From: Candidatus Levyibacteriota bacterium
Lineage (GTDB): Bacteria > Patescibacteriota > Microgenomatia > Levybacterales > UBA12049
Assembly: GCA_027459745.1 (NCBI GenBank)
Contig: DAIDHL010000002.1
Span: 125,656-189,655, forward strand
Reading direction: 5' to 3'
DNA length: 64,000 bases
Positions 9,068 through 18,618 of this stretch are shown one piece after another. Position numbers and translations under genes: made by a program. The notes below the pieces were generated by a model. That model worked only from the letters and a program-made list of their open reading frames with translations, made no database searches and was not told the origin of the DNA. Each line of letters opens with the position of its first letter. Position 1 is the stretch's first letter.

Positions 9068-9577
9068 ATGAATAAACTATACATTATGTGCGGAATTCCT
9101 TTTGCCGGCAAAACAACTCTAGCAAATGAGATTGTAAGATTAAAAAATTTTACTAAAATTGATCTCGACGGAGTTAAAATCGCTCTTTTTGGAGAAAGTG
9201 TTGAGGATCAACAGTTGCAAAAAAACGATTGGGATAGAATATATCAGCAAATGTATACTCATATTCAAAATTTTCTCTCTCAAGAGAAAACCGTACTGCA
9301 TGATACGGGTAATTTTACCCGGCATGAGCGTAGTAACGTGCGTAATATCGCGAATGTATTAGGTATAGAGGCGATAACCATTTATGTCGACACTTCAATT
9401 GAGGAGGCGAAGAAAAGGTTAGAAGCCAATCGTTTGAACAAAGAAAGATTCGACATTTCTGACCAGGCTTTTTTAGCAGCGACTGCTGAAATGGAAATTC
9501 CAGACGAAAGTGAGAAACCTTTAGTTTACCGTTGGGAATTTCCTACTGAGGAATGGATTAAGGAGCATATAATTTAA
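9068..9577 (+). CDS. P-loop NTPase, AAA_33/predicted kinase family
   Basis: Walker A GIPFAGKTT near the N-terminus. Small (169 aa) kinase-like fold. Confidence 0.55.
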   Translation: MNKLYIMCGIPFAGKTTLANEIVRLKNFTKIDLDGVKIALFGESVEDQQLQKNDWDRIYQQMYTHIQNFLSQEKTVLHDTGNFTRHERSNVRNIANVLGIEAITIYVDTSIEEAKKRLEANRLNKERFDISDQAFLAATAEMEIPDESEKPLVYRWEFPTEEWIKEHII

Positions 9578-9583
9578 GGTCAT

Positions 9584-11371
9584 CTACTTATATCCTCTGG
9601 CTTGGATTTCGAACAACTCTGCATATAAGCCTTTTTTCTTCATTAATTGTTCATGGTTCCCTTCTTCGACAATTTTTCCCTCATCTAAGACTAATATTCT
9701 GTCAGCATTTCTCACCGTGGAAAAACGATGAGAAATAATAATGACAGTTTTATCAGTTTGTAATTTTTGTACATTTTGAAATATCTCATATTCTGCTTTG
9801 GCATCAATGGCAGCCGTGGGTTCGTCCAAAATTAAAATTGGTGCATCACGGAAAAAAGCTCTCGCCAAAGCTAATTTTTGCCATTGTCCGCCGGATAAAT
9901 CAATGCCTCCTTCAAACATTTTTCCGACTGTTTGTTCAATACCTTTGGGTAAGTTGTCTAGATATTTATCTGCACCGGATTTAGAAATCGCCACTCTTAA
10001 TAATTTCTCGTTATCTTTTTCGGTGATATTTCCCAGATAAACATTTTCTTTAAAAGTAAATTGGTATTTAATGAAATCCTGAAATAGTGCACCAATATAA
10101 GTGTGCCATTCGTCCAAATTTAAATCTTTAATATTTACTCCATTAATTAAAATTTCTCCCGCTATTACATCATAGAAACGGAGTAGGAGTTTAATCAGAG
10201 TCGTTTTACCAGCCCCATTTTCTCCGACCAAGGCAATTTTCTCGCCCGGTTTAATGGTCAGATTAAAATTCTGCAAAATATTTCTGTCAGTTTTGGGATA
10301 AGCAAAAGAGACGTCTTTAAAGACTATCTCCGGGGGTGTGGGGTTGGAGGTAAGAGGTTTGGGAGACTCAGGGGAAGTAATTACCTTCTTGGTATTGAGA
10401 AATTGAAAGAACAGGTCGATATTCTCTGTACGCATGGAGATACTGGAATAACCACTGAGTAGATTTTCTACGCCAGTAGATAGAGACATAATTTGCTGAA
10501 AATACACTGTGAATTGGCCAATACTTAACATATTTTTTAGTACTGAGTTAATTAATAAATATAAAGCGTAAACAAACGCGGCAATTTGTAACAGATTAGC
10601 TCCAAATTGTTGATGAATTCCGCTTTCTGATGTTTTGTTAAAAGCTTGTATGTATCCAGTACTAGTAGAGTTGGCTTTGTTGCTCATCACATTACCTACT
10701 TTGAAAATAGCGGCTTCTTTAGATGTCGAATCAGCAGACAATAAAGTTTCAATATAATTTATAAGTCGAATCACATGAGTCCGTTTGTCAGAAAAAAATG
10801 GCCAAAGTTTAACTCTAAATTTGTCAGAGATCAAATAAAGGGGGATAGTAGAAACGATTACCACGGGAACGATAATGGGGAAGAGAGGGACGATAACAAT
10901 AGTAGCCACCACGACTTTGACGGCAGCATTAATGAGCATACTAACCCGGCTAAGCAGTACTACCATCACTCCAAAGGTACCTGTGACTTGACTAAGTAAA
11001 GACTGAAATTTTGCCTTTTCAAAAGTAGCTGGATCGAGTTCTGTTAATTTTTTTATCACTCTGCTATGTAGATATGTTTCTAATTTGCCTTGAAAATAAG
11101 CTTCTTTTAAACCCTGATAACTAGCTAGATAATAATTTAACGCACTGGCAAATGCATAAGCCAGTCCGATCCAGACAAAATCAGTTATCTGTAAATGAGT
11201 TTGCAGGGCATGAGTTAAAAGATCAATCACTTTGGCGAGTAATAAGAATTGAATTAAAGGGAAAAGGGTACTAGTATAGGCATCCGTAAAGAATAGTATC
11301 AGAACATAGACCCCATTAGCATGCCAGCAGATCTTAATAACATTCCAGGTAATATGGATATTTCTTTTCAT
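9584..11371 (-). CDS. ABC exporter, fused permease-ATPase (MsbA/multidrug type)
   Basis: N-terminal 6-TM domain. Walker A GENGAGKTT, signature LSGGQWQ, Walker B ILILDEPTAAID. Confidence 0.85.
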   Translation of the reverse strand: MKRNIHITWNVIKICWHANGVYVLILFFTDAYTSTLFPLIQFLLLAKVIDLLTHALQTHLQITDFVWIGLAYAFASALNYYLASYQGLKEAYFQGKLETYLHSRVIKKLTELDPATFEKAKFQSLLSQVTGTFGVMVVLLSRVSMLINAAVKVVVATIVIVPLFPIIVPVVIVSTIPLYLISDKFRVKLWPFFSDKRTHVIRLINYIETLLSADSTSKEAAIFKVGNVMSNKANSTSTGYIQAFNKTSESGIHQQFGANLLQIAAFVYALYLLINSVLKNMLSIGQFTVYFQQIMSLSTGVENLLSGYSSISMRTENIDLFFQFLNTKKVITSPESPKPLTSNPTPPEIVFKDVSFAYPKTDRNILQNFNLTIKPGEKIALVGENGAGKTTLIKLLLRFYDVIAGEILINGVNIKDLNLDEWHTYIGALFQDFIKYQFTFKENVYLGNITEKDNEKLLRVAISKSGADKYLDNLPKGIEQTVGKMFEGGIDLSGGQWQKLALARAFFRDAPILILDEPTAAIDAKAEYEIFQNVQKLQTDKTVIIISHRFSTVRNADRILVLDEGKIVEEGNHEQLMKKKGLYAELFEIQARGYK

Positions 11372-11524
11372 GTTCTAATTTAACTTTAGCACTTAGGGAG
11401 ATATTTTTTAAAAATATCACGATAGGTTGGAGCTTGAATAAGTTCTGAAGAGTTTTCGTTGGACATGCAAGTATTATAACAAGAGGAGCTAACTTCCAGC
11501 TAGTTTTTGGAGTAAAATAGAGAC

Positions 11525-12583
11525 ATGAAAAAGGTTTTATTAACATTGTTTATCTTGATTCTTTTGGCCACCTCTATTGGTGAAGGAATATATATCTGGC
11601 ATCAGCAAAATGGATTTAATGATTTGCTAATTTTATTACACCAAAAATCACCAGCTCCTCCCACACCGTTGCTAGCTTATTCTTTTGATAATCTCAAAAA
11701 GACCAAATTCCCTGTCACACAAATTAAGTTAGGCGACATTGTTACTTCTACCGACACTTATATTTCTCGTAAGTTTTATTATTCCGTACCACTCAAACCA
11801 GGTAGTGATAAATTAGAAAAAGTCAGTGGATTGATGAATTTACCAGTTAAAGCTGGCAATTATCCTGTGATCGTGATGTACAGAGGATATGTAGATCAGG
11901 ATATCTATAAACCGGGCGTTGGAACTGAACCTGTGGCCCAGGTCTTAGCTAAAAATGGATATATTACTTTAGCTCCGGACTTTTTGGGCTATGGGGAATC
12001 AGCTAGCCCATCGGCTGATCCGTTTGAAAACCGTTTTCAGACATATACCACTGCTCTAACGATGTTATCCTCACTACCAACTTTAAATTCTGGATTGAAC
12101 TCTGTTTATAACGGTACTATGAGTGCAGATATGACTAAAATTGGTATATGGGCGCACAGCAATGGAGGGCATATTGCCCTTTCCACCTTAGCCATAAGTG
12201 GTGTAACTTATCCAACAGTATTATGGGCGCCGGTTTCGACCTCATTTCCATATGACATTTTGTATTACACTGTGGAGTCAGATGATCAAGGCAAAGGCTT
12301 GAGAAAAGTATTAGCCAATTTTGAAATGGTTTATGATACTAATAAATTTTCTCCGCCACTTTATTACAAATGGATAAAAGCGCCCATAGAATTAGATCAG
12401 GGTACAGCAGATCACGAAGTTCCGTATTGGTGGTCAGATAATTTGGATGCTACTCTGCAAAAAGACAAAGTTGATATAACATATAATACTTATCCGGGAG
12501 CTGACCATAATTTATTGCCCAGTGGGTGGGCCCAAGCAGTGACGAATGATTTAGAGTTCTATACTAAAGAATTCAATAAATAG
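11525..12583 (+). CDS. secreted alpha/beta-hydrolase fold protein (esterase/peptidase-like)
   Basis: Signal peptide or TM at the N-terminus. Nucleophile elbow GIWAHSNGG. Confidence 0.55.
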   Translation: MKKVLLTLFILILLATSIGEGIYIWHQQNGFNDLLILLHQKSPAPPTPLLAYSFDNLKKTKFPVTQIKLGDIVTSTDTYISRKFYYSVPLKPGSDKLEKVSGLMNLPVKAGNYPVIVMYRGYVDQDIYKPGVGTEPVAQVLAKNGYITLAPDFLGYGESASPSADPFENRFQTYTTALTMLSSLPTLNSGLNSVYNGTMSADMTKIGIWAHSNGGHIALSTLAISGVTYPTVLWAPVSTSFPYDILYYTVESDDQGKGLRKVLANFEMVYDTNKFSPPLYYKWIKAPIELDQGTADHEVPYWWSDNLDATLQKDKVDITYNTYPGADHNLLPSGWAQAVTNDLEFYTKEFNK

Positions 12584-12587
12584 TGTT

Positions 12588-12682
12588 GTCATTTCGAGCG
12601 AACGTAGTGAGTCGAGGGATCTCTGGCGAATGCCAGGTCTCAAATAAATCGAGAAATTCCTCCAGGCGTTATTTCGTCATGT
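12588..12682. repeat. GC-rich hairpin-dense small element, copy B (starts GTCATTTCGAGCGAACG)
   Basis: Directly after the stop of the hydrolase gene. Shares 13/16 of the copy A terminus (GTCATTGCGAGCATCG), and has an internal CTGGCGAATGCCAG hairpin and TCGAG repeats. Confidence 0.35.
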
Positions 12683-12706
12683 GGTCGGAATAACATTAAT
12701 TTCTCT

Positions 12707-13477
12707 TTATAGTCCTTTGACATTGAAGAATCGACCGATAGAATAAGTCACAATCATTGCCAGTGCCCCTCCGGCTACTACTCTAAATGTAGCTTTGAGC
12801 ACGTTTGCCCCCCCGATTTTTGCACTAATAGTTCCGGTTATTGCCAGAGCGACAAGTACAGACACAAAAGTAACTGGAGTTTTCAACGTAGGTGGAAGAA
12901 TTATGATCGTAATCAGTGGAATAATAGCTCCTACCAAAAAAGAAGCCGCAGAAGCAATAGCTGCATGCCATGGATTAGTAAGGTTATTGGGATCAATGCC
13001 TAATTCAGCATCAAAATGAGCTTTGACTGGATCATGAGCTGTTAATTCTTTGGCTACTAACTCAGAGGTTTTTTTACTCAAACCTTTACCTTCATATATC
13101 CTAGCCAGCTCCTGCATTTCTTCTTCCGGATGATTGGCTAATTCTTCACGTTCTCGCTCCAATAAAGCTCTTTCAGTATCTCTCTGACTACTGACTGACA
13201 CATATTCACCAGCGGCCATAGAAATAGCACCAGCAATAATGCCTGCGATACCCGATGCAATTATTACAGAAACAGAATCAGTAGCCGCAGCAACTCCGAT
13301 GACCAGACCGGCAATAGATACAATACCATCATTAGCACCTAATACTGCAGCTCGTAACCAATTCAATTTAGCTGCATGATTAGATTTATCCTGTTGTGTT
13401 TTTAAATTATTTTTTTCTTTGGTCATATTTTTTGATAATTGATTGTATAATAATGTATTATTGTAATATTTTACCAA
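12707..13477 (-). CDS. VIT1/CCC1-family (DUF125) membrane protein, putative Fe/Mn transporter
   Basis: Motif LGANDGIVSIAGLVIGVAAA, followed by a hydrophilic acidic linker and C-terminal TM helices. Confidence 0.65.
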   Translation of the reverse strand: MVKYYNNTLLYNQLSKNMTKEKNNLKTQQDKSNHAAKLNWLRAAVLGANDGIVSIAGLVIGVAAATDSVSVIIASGIAGIIAGAISMAAGEYVSVSSQRDTERALLEREREELANHPEEEMQELARIYEGKGLSKKTSELVAKELTAHDPVKAHFDAELGIDPNNLTNPWHAAIASAASFLVGAIIPLITIIILPPTLKTPVTFVSVLVALAITGTISAKIGGANVLKATFRVVAGGALAMIVTYSIGRFFNVKGL

Positions 13478-14639
13478 ACATTTGTTTAAATTTGTGATTG
13501 CAAAAAGCTGCAGCTAACAGCGTTACGATAGGAACTGCTAGAAGTAACCCGGCAGTTCCACCAATAGCTTTAATAATCTCCTCACTAAAAGATTCACTAT
13601 TAATAATCACCCAGTAAGGCCATTGTTGCGGGTTAAATAAAAAGAAAATTAAAATGGCTAGTCCTGAGCCTGCGAATGCCAAAACAAGCGTATTAATAAT
13701 AGATATCGCATGTTCACGCCCAATCATAAAACTGCGTGCGAAAAGTTGCTTAAAAGACAAAGTTCTATTTTGGTTGGCTAACTCAAATACTGTATGGGCT
13801 TGAGTAACAGTCACATCGTTTAGCGCACCTAAGGTACTGATGATAATGCCTCCTAGTAAAATTCCTTTGAGACTAATAATACTGGTAGTGCCGAAATGTA
13901 AGTCTGTAGCATCAGAATTACCATAACCGTTTAGCAAAGTAAATTGTACTACCCAAATTGCGATTAAGTAAGTTATAAGTAAAGAAACTAAAGTAGAAAA
14001 AAGAGCTATGGTAGTTTGACGGGATATACCATGTGCAACATAAGTAGTTAAAAATAAAATTATAACCGATCCAATCATCGAAACTGTTAACGCATCAGCT
14101 CCGGCAATAATTTGCGGAATAATGTAACCAAAAATAACTGCCAGACTAATAATTAGTCCAAGAATTGACCCTAGTCCTTTCCAGCCCGCAATCAACATAA
14201 TTAAAATAAAGAAAGCAACCACGGCAATTATTATTTGTGGTAATCGATATTTATCGTTGACATAATATTGTATATGTCCACTAGAATCTGTTTCTTTGTT
14301 TAAAATTATAGTTTGTCCTACTTGCATACGTAAATCAGCCACATGTTGAGGATCGTAATTGACTTGGAGCTGTTTGCCTTTGCTTTGTCCATCAATCAAT
14401 TGTACGGTCATGTTCTGTGTACCGTTTGTGGCATTAGTTATATTTATAACAAGTGCTCTGAGATAAGTAATGTTTGGAGCACTAGCCGCACTTGGAGTAG
14501 AGGAAGTCTCTAAAGGTACCACTTGTGGCATGGCAGCTGAAGAAGAGATAGTAGAAGCATTTGCAGATATTGTAAATTTAAAACCTGTAAGTAGAATGAA
14601 AATTAAAATAACGATGACTTTTTTCATAACAAAGTACAC
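13458..14639 (-). CDS. multi-pass membrane protein with an N-terminal extracytoplasmic domain (YibE/F-like)
   Basis: Signal/TM, about 130-aa exported domain, then about 8 TM helices. The family assignment is tentative. Confidence 0.4.
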   Translation of the reverse strand: MYFVMKKVIVILIFILLTGFKFTISANASTISSSAAMPQVVPLETSSTPSAASAPNITYLRALVINITNATNGTQNMTVQLIDGQSKGKQLQVNYDPQHVADLRMQVGQTIILNKETDSSGHIQYYVNDKYRLPQIIIAVVAFFILIMLIAGWKGLGSILGLIISLAVIFGYIIPQIIAGADALTVSMIGSVIILFLTTYVAHGISRQTTIALFSTLVSLLITYLIAIWVVQFTLLNGYGNSDATDLHFGTTSIISLKGILLGGIIISTLGALNDVTVTQAHTVFELANQNRTLSFKQLFARSFMIGREHAISIINTLVLAFAGSGLAILIFFLFNPQQWPYWVIINSESFSEEIIKAIGGTAGLLLAVPIVTLLAAAFCNHKFKQMFGKILQ

Positions 14640-14773
14640 TGCCTACAAGCTACAAGATCATTGCTAACTAATAGGACAAATACAAAAAAACAGTGGGCGA
14701 AGCTTATTATACACTATCCAAACAACTTGGGTTACTCGTCATCTAACAAATAACCCAAGATTGCTTGCATCTA

Positions 14774-15247
14774 TTACTGAGATGGACTAGGTTGATTACC
14801 ATTCATCATCATACCCCCTCTGGGCCCGCCAAAAGTTGGATTTAGCGCAACATTTTCGGCTGTGACCGAACCATCAGAATTACTTGTGCCTAGAACTATT
14901 ACTACAGAACCTGTTTTTAAGTCACTAGTTGAACCGGTAGTTTGCTTGGAAATATTAACACTGCTTGGTAATATAACGATTTTACTGCTACCATCAGCTA
15001 ATTTTACTGTCATAGTGTCATTACTCACACTGAGGATTTGACCACGTACTGCTTGTGTGTTGGAAGTAGGGGAGCCTGCACCGCCCGCAAATTGTCTATA
15101 CATTCCAGCTCCAGCTCCAGCTCGTCCTGCGAAACCAACTCCTCTCTGGTTTTGTTGATATTTCATACCAGCATAAAAGCCGACTGCTGCCACTATAATG
15201 ACAAGGATAACTACGAGAATTATGTGGTTATTTTTCAATGTATTCAC
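14774..15247 (-). CDS. hypothetical membrane-anchored Gly-rich protein; last gene of the MacAB-type operon
   Basis: N-terminal TM, then a GAGAG-rich segment. Co-directional and tightly linked to the permease gene. Confidence 0.45.
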   Translation of the reverse strand: MNTLKNNHIILVVILVIIVAAVGFYAGMKYQQNQRGVGFAGRAGAGAGMYRQFAGGAGSPTSNTQAVRGQILSVSNDTMTVKLADGSSKIVILPSSVNISKQTTGSTSDLKTGSVVIVLGTSNSDGSVTAENVALNPTFGGPRGGMMMNGNQPSPSQ

Positions 15248-15294
15248 CCCCTCTCTGAATAAGTTTCTAAATTACAAAATTTTGCCCAGATTTT

Positions 15295-16506
15295 TTATTC
15301 ATATCTCAGAGCCTCGATGGGACTCAAACTTGCAGCCTTCTGGGCTGGATACCAACCAAAAAGTATACCTATACCTCCAGATACACCAATGGCTAAAAAG
15401 ATAGCGGAAGTAGATAGTACAAAGGGTAAACTGACCAAAGAAGAGACAATGGCAGAAACTAGAATGCCTAAAATCATACCCAGAAGTCCACCAATTATAG
15501 TAAGTAAAACTGCCTCGACTAAGAATTGGTAAATAATAGTCTTTTTCTTGGCGCCTAAGGCTTTTCTTAAACCGATTTCTCTAATTCTCTCAGTTACCGT
15601 GACTAACATTATATTCATAATCCCGATTCCTCCTACAATCAACGATATAGCAGCAATACCAGCTAGTAAACTTGTTAAAGTCCCGGTTACTGAGCTAGCG
15701 GCGCTCAAAATTTGTTGTTGGGACAAAATACTAAAATCAGCCTGAGTTGGATCAGTAATATGATGACGAGCTAGCAAAAAATATCCAACTTGATTTTCCG
15801 CGGTTGTCATAACATCTTGTGATTTAGCAGAGACAGTAATCGTATTTAAATACGAAGATCCGCTAACTTCCTGCTGATCAGTTAATAGCGGTATATAAAC
15901 TGTTGCATCAGGATTTTGGAATCCACTTCCTCCTTGTGAGGCAGTTACCCCAATTACCGTAAGGGTAGTGTTATTTATTCGTAGTTTTTGACCAATCGGG
16001 TCACCAGTAAACAAATCGGAGGCGACTTGTGCCCCAATGACAGCCACCTTACTAAGTGACTGAGAATTGCTGATAAAAGATCCTTCTTGCATTTGAATAT
16101 TATGGACAATGGCATAGGAAGGAGTTACACCTAAAATTGAATCATTTTCATTATTACCGTTGGCAATGACTTGTCCTCGAGATGAGACTTCAGGGGATAC
16201 TGCGCTAATCTCCGTCAATTGGGGAGAGTTAGCCATAGCGGTAGCATCAGCATTGGTAAGTGTTTGATTACTTCCTGCTGCCTGACGGACTCCCCCTGTA
16301 GTCTGCGCACCGGGAATAATTGTCAAAGTATTGGCACCTAGTGATTCAATTTGTTTCTGTACTGATTGTTGACTTGCTTGTCCTAATGAAATCAGGGCAA
16401 TAACCGAGCCGATACCGATGACGATGCCTAATGTGGCTAAGCCAGTTCTTAATTTATTTAAGGTTAATGCTTCTACAGCTGATAAAAATAGTTCTAGTAA
16501 ATCCAT
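15295..16506 (-). CDS. ABC transporter permease, MacB/FtsX family
   Basis: N-terminal TM, large periplasmic MacB_PCD-like domain, C-terminal FtsX 3-TM bundle. Confidence 0.8.
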   Translation of the reverse strand: MDLLELFLSAVEALTLNKLRTGLATLGIVIGIGSVIALISLGQASQQSVQKQIESLGANTLTIIPGAQTTGGVRQAAGSNQTLTNADATAMANSPQLTEISAVSPEVSSRGQVIANGNNENDSILGVTPSYAIVHNIQMQEGSFISNSQSLSKVAVIGAQVASDLFTGDPIGQKLRINNTTLTVIGVTASQGGSGFQNPDATVYIPLLTDQQEVSGSSYLNTITVSAKSQDVMTTAENQVGYFLLARHHITDPTQADFSILSQQQILSAASSVTGTLTSLLAGIAAISLIVGGIGIMNIMLVTVTERIREIGLRKALGAKKKTIIYQFLVEAVLLTIIGGLLGMILGILVSAIVSSLVSLPFVLSTSAIFLAIGVSGGIGILFGWYPAQKAASLSPIEALRYE

Positions 16507-16571
16507 ATTTTGAAAAAGTAAAGCTTTAAGGGTAAGGGTAAAGTTATTCTATCTTCGTTTACGTTTAACCC

Positions 16572-17255
16572 TTAGCCTTTATTTTTCTTGTCGTTTATTA
16601 ATTGCCCATCTTTAATTGTAATAATCCTTTTGGCATTGGCTGCAATATCCGGTTCGTGTGTAATCATGACGATAGTATGACCTTGTTTATTTAAGTCTTT
16701 GAAGATATCCATAATTTCATTAGCTTGAGAAGATGCGAGATTACCAGTAGGTTCATCTGCCAATAAAATTGCTGGATTCATGGCCAGTCCACGTGCTATA
16801 GCTACTCTCTGCTGTTGTCCTCCAGAAAGTTGGTTGGTAGTATGTTCAAGACGATCACCTAGTCCAACCAGAGTTAAGTATTTTTTTGCTCGTTCTTCTC
16901 GCTCTGCTTTGGGAATACCAGCATACATCATAGGTAACATGACGTTTTTCATAGTACTACGGCGGGGAAGTAGATTGAATGCCTGGAAAACAAAACCAAT
17001 TTTCCTATTTCTGATATCCGCCAGTTCATCATCAGTTAATTTACTAACATCTTCTCCATCAAGAATATATGTACCAGATGTAGGAGTGTCCAATGCTCCG
17101 ATCATGTGCATTAAGGTAGACTTACCGCTACCAGATGGTCCCATAATAGCCACAAACTCACCTCTGGCAACGTCAAAAGACACATCAGCTAATGCTATGG
17201 TCTCTGTAGTACCGACAAGGTATTTTTTGTATAGATGTGAAACATGAATTAACAT
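16572..17255 (-). CDS. ABC transporter ATP-binding protein (MacB/LolD type)
   Basis: Walker A GPSGSGKST, signature LSGGQQQRVAIARGL, Walker B ILLADEPTGNL. Confidence 0.9.
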   Translation of the reverse strand: MLIHVSHLYKKYLVGTTETIALADVSFDVARGEFVAIMGPSGSGKSTLMHMIGALDTPTSGTYILDGEDVSKLTDDELADIRNRKIGFVFQAFNLLPRRSTMKNVMLPMMYAGIPKAEREERAKKYLTLVGLGDRLEHTTNQLSGGQQQRVAIARGLAMNPAILLADEPTGNLASSQANEIMDIFKDLNKQGHTIVMITHEPDIAANAKRIITIKDGQLINDKKNKG

Positions 17256-17276
17256 ACATATAAAAAATCAAAGCTT

Positions 17277-18575
17277 TTATCCACCCCCGCCTACCCTGAC
17301 AGCTCCGCCACGGGCTGCTCCTCCACCAAAAATATTACGACTGAAAGGAGAAGATGTGTTACTTGAGGTGGTGGATGTGCTGGTACTGTAACCAATGGCC
17401 ACGATTTGACCTTCAGCCAGACCACTGACAACTTGAGTTTCTGTATCAGAGGATGCTCCAATTTGTACAGTGGTAGGCGTTACTACACCGTTATTAACCA
17501 CATTAACTGTAGATACATTTCCGATAGTCTGTACTGCTGCAGATGGAACCAATAAAACATTACTTAACACACCGGTAATGATATTAGCCGTAGCGCTCAT
17601 GTTTGGCAAAATTTGGTCATTCGGGACATCCAAAACAATTGTGGCAGGATAGGTAGTAACACCGGAAGTCACACTGCCTGTTGTGTTTATACCAATTACT
17701 TTTCCGGTGAAAGTTTGATTGGGCAAAGCGTCAAAGGTTATAGTAGCCTTCTGGCCTTCTTTCACTTTAGCTGCATCTACTTCAGATAAACTAACAGAAA
17801 TAACAGGGGTTCCACTGCTCTTTATACTGGCGATGGTGGTTTGACTGGTACTAGTAGTAGAAGTAGCAGCACTAGTGATCTGCATACCAGGAGCAATTAC
17901 TAAATCAGTAATTGTTCCACCCGAGGGTGCTGTAATTGTGGCGGATGATGCCTGATAACTAGTCAGCGCATTGCTCTCAGAAGCTTGATCTTGAGCTATA
18001 ACTATTTGTTGATTTTTATAAGCAGCCTCTGCAGCTAACCAGGCATCCTGGGTTGTAATGAATTGAGGTAATGTTCTATTTAATGTATTTGGTGTACCAT
18101 CAGAGTTTTGATAAGTTGCGTTAGTTGACAAGTCTAAGTATGTTTGCCAGGCATTAAACATATTTTCTTGTAAGGTATAAAGTTGTGCTTGAGCATTAGC
18201 TAAAGCAGATTGAGCCCCTAAATAAGCAGCATACGTCTGAGTTTGTCTCTGCTGGCCTGAATTATCCAGAGTTAAATCAGCTATGGTTTGGCCCGCTGCC
18301 ACCTGATCTCCATCTTTTACCACGACATCCTTGACGGTTCCACTGGCTTGAGTGGTGACTGCCAATCTGTTGGCAACTAAAACAGAACCTGACTCAGTAA
18401 CCGAGGTAACCAGCGTACCTTTGGTAACCTTTGTAGTTTGATAGGTAGCTATTTTTTGGCCACTGGGTAAATTCAAGGCTACGATAATTGCAATTATAAT
18501 TACAATGACTGTAAAAATTGTACGTTTGGTGGTTTTAAATAAGAAATTTTTTAAACCAAGAAGGAATTTTTTCAT
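17277..18575 (-). CDS. periplasmic adaptor (HlyD/MacA membrane-fusion protein family)
   Basis: N-terminal TM anchor, biotinyl/lipoyl-like hairpin region and beta-barrel-like C-terminus. Immediately upstream of the MacB-type ATPase. Confidence 0.65.
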   Translation of the reverse strand: MKKFLLGLKNFLFKTTKRTIFTVIVIIIAIIVALNLPSGQKIATYQTTKVTKGTLVTSVTESGSVLVANRLAVTTQASGTVKDVVVKDGDQVAAGQTIADLTLDNSGQQRQTQTYAAYLGAQSALANAQAQLYTLQENMFNAWQTYLDLSTNATYQNSDGTPNTLNRTLPQFITTQDAWLAAEAAYKNQQIVIAQDQASESNALTSYQASSATITAPSGGTITDLVIAPGMQITSAATSTTSTSQTTIASIKSSGTPVISVSLSEVDAAKVKEGQKATITFDALPNQTFTGKVIGINTTGSVTSGVTTYPATIVLDVPNDQILPNMSATANIITGVLSNVLLVPSAAVQTIGNVSTVNVVNNGVVTPTTVQIGASSDTETQVVSGLAEGQIVAIGYSTSTSTTSSNTSSPFSRNIFGGGAARGGAVRVGGGG

Positions 18576-18618
18576 AACTATTTCAGACTATATCGGTAAA
18601 TACTGAATACTGGCTGAA

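Noticed and set aside
16780-17247. 155-aa ORF on the + strand inside the MacB-type ATPase gene; other antisense ORFs of this kind include 1454-1720, 2672-2872, 3293-3502, 5121-5408, 6669-6866, 9798-10040, 10775-10999, 21031-21348, 31187-31492, 33469-34118, 39670-40132 and 62341-62836
   Set aside because: All lie entirely within, and antisense to or out of frame with, longer ORFs that have clear family signatures. Their sequences are low-complexity or Cys/Arg-rich, typical of spurious frames, and none has an SD or recognisable domain.
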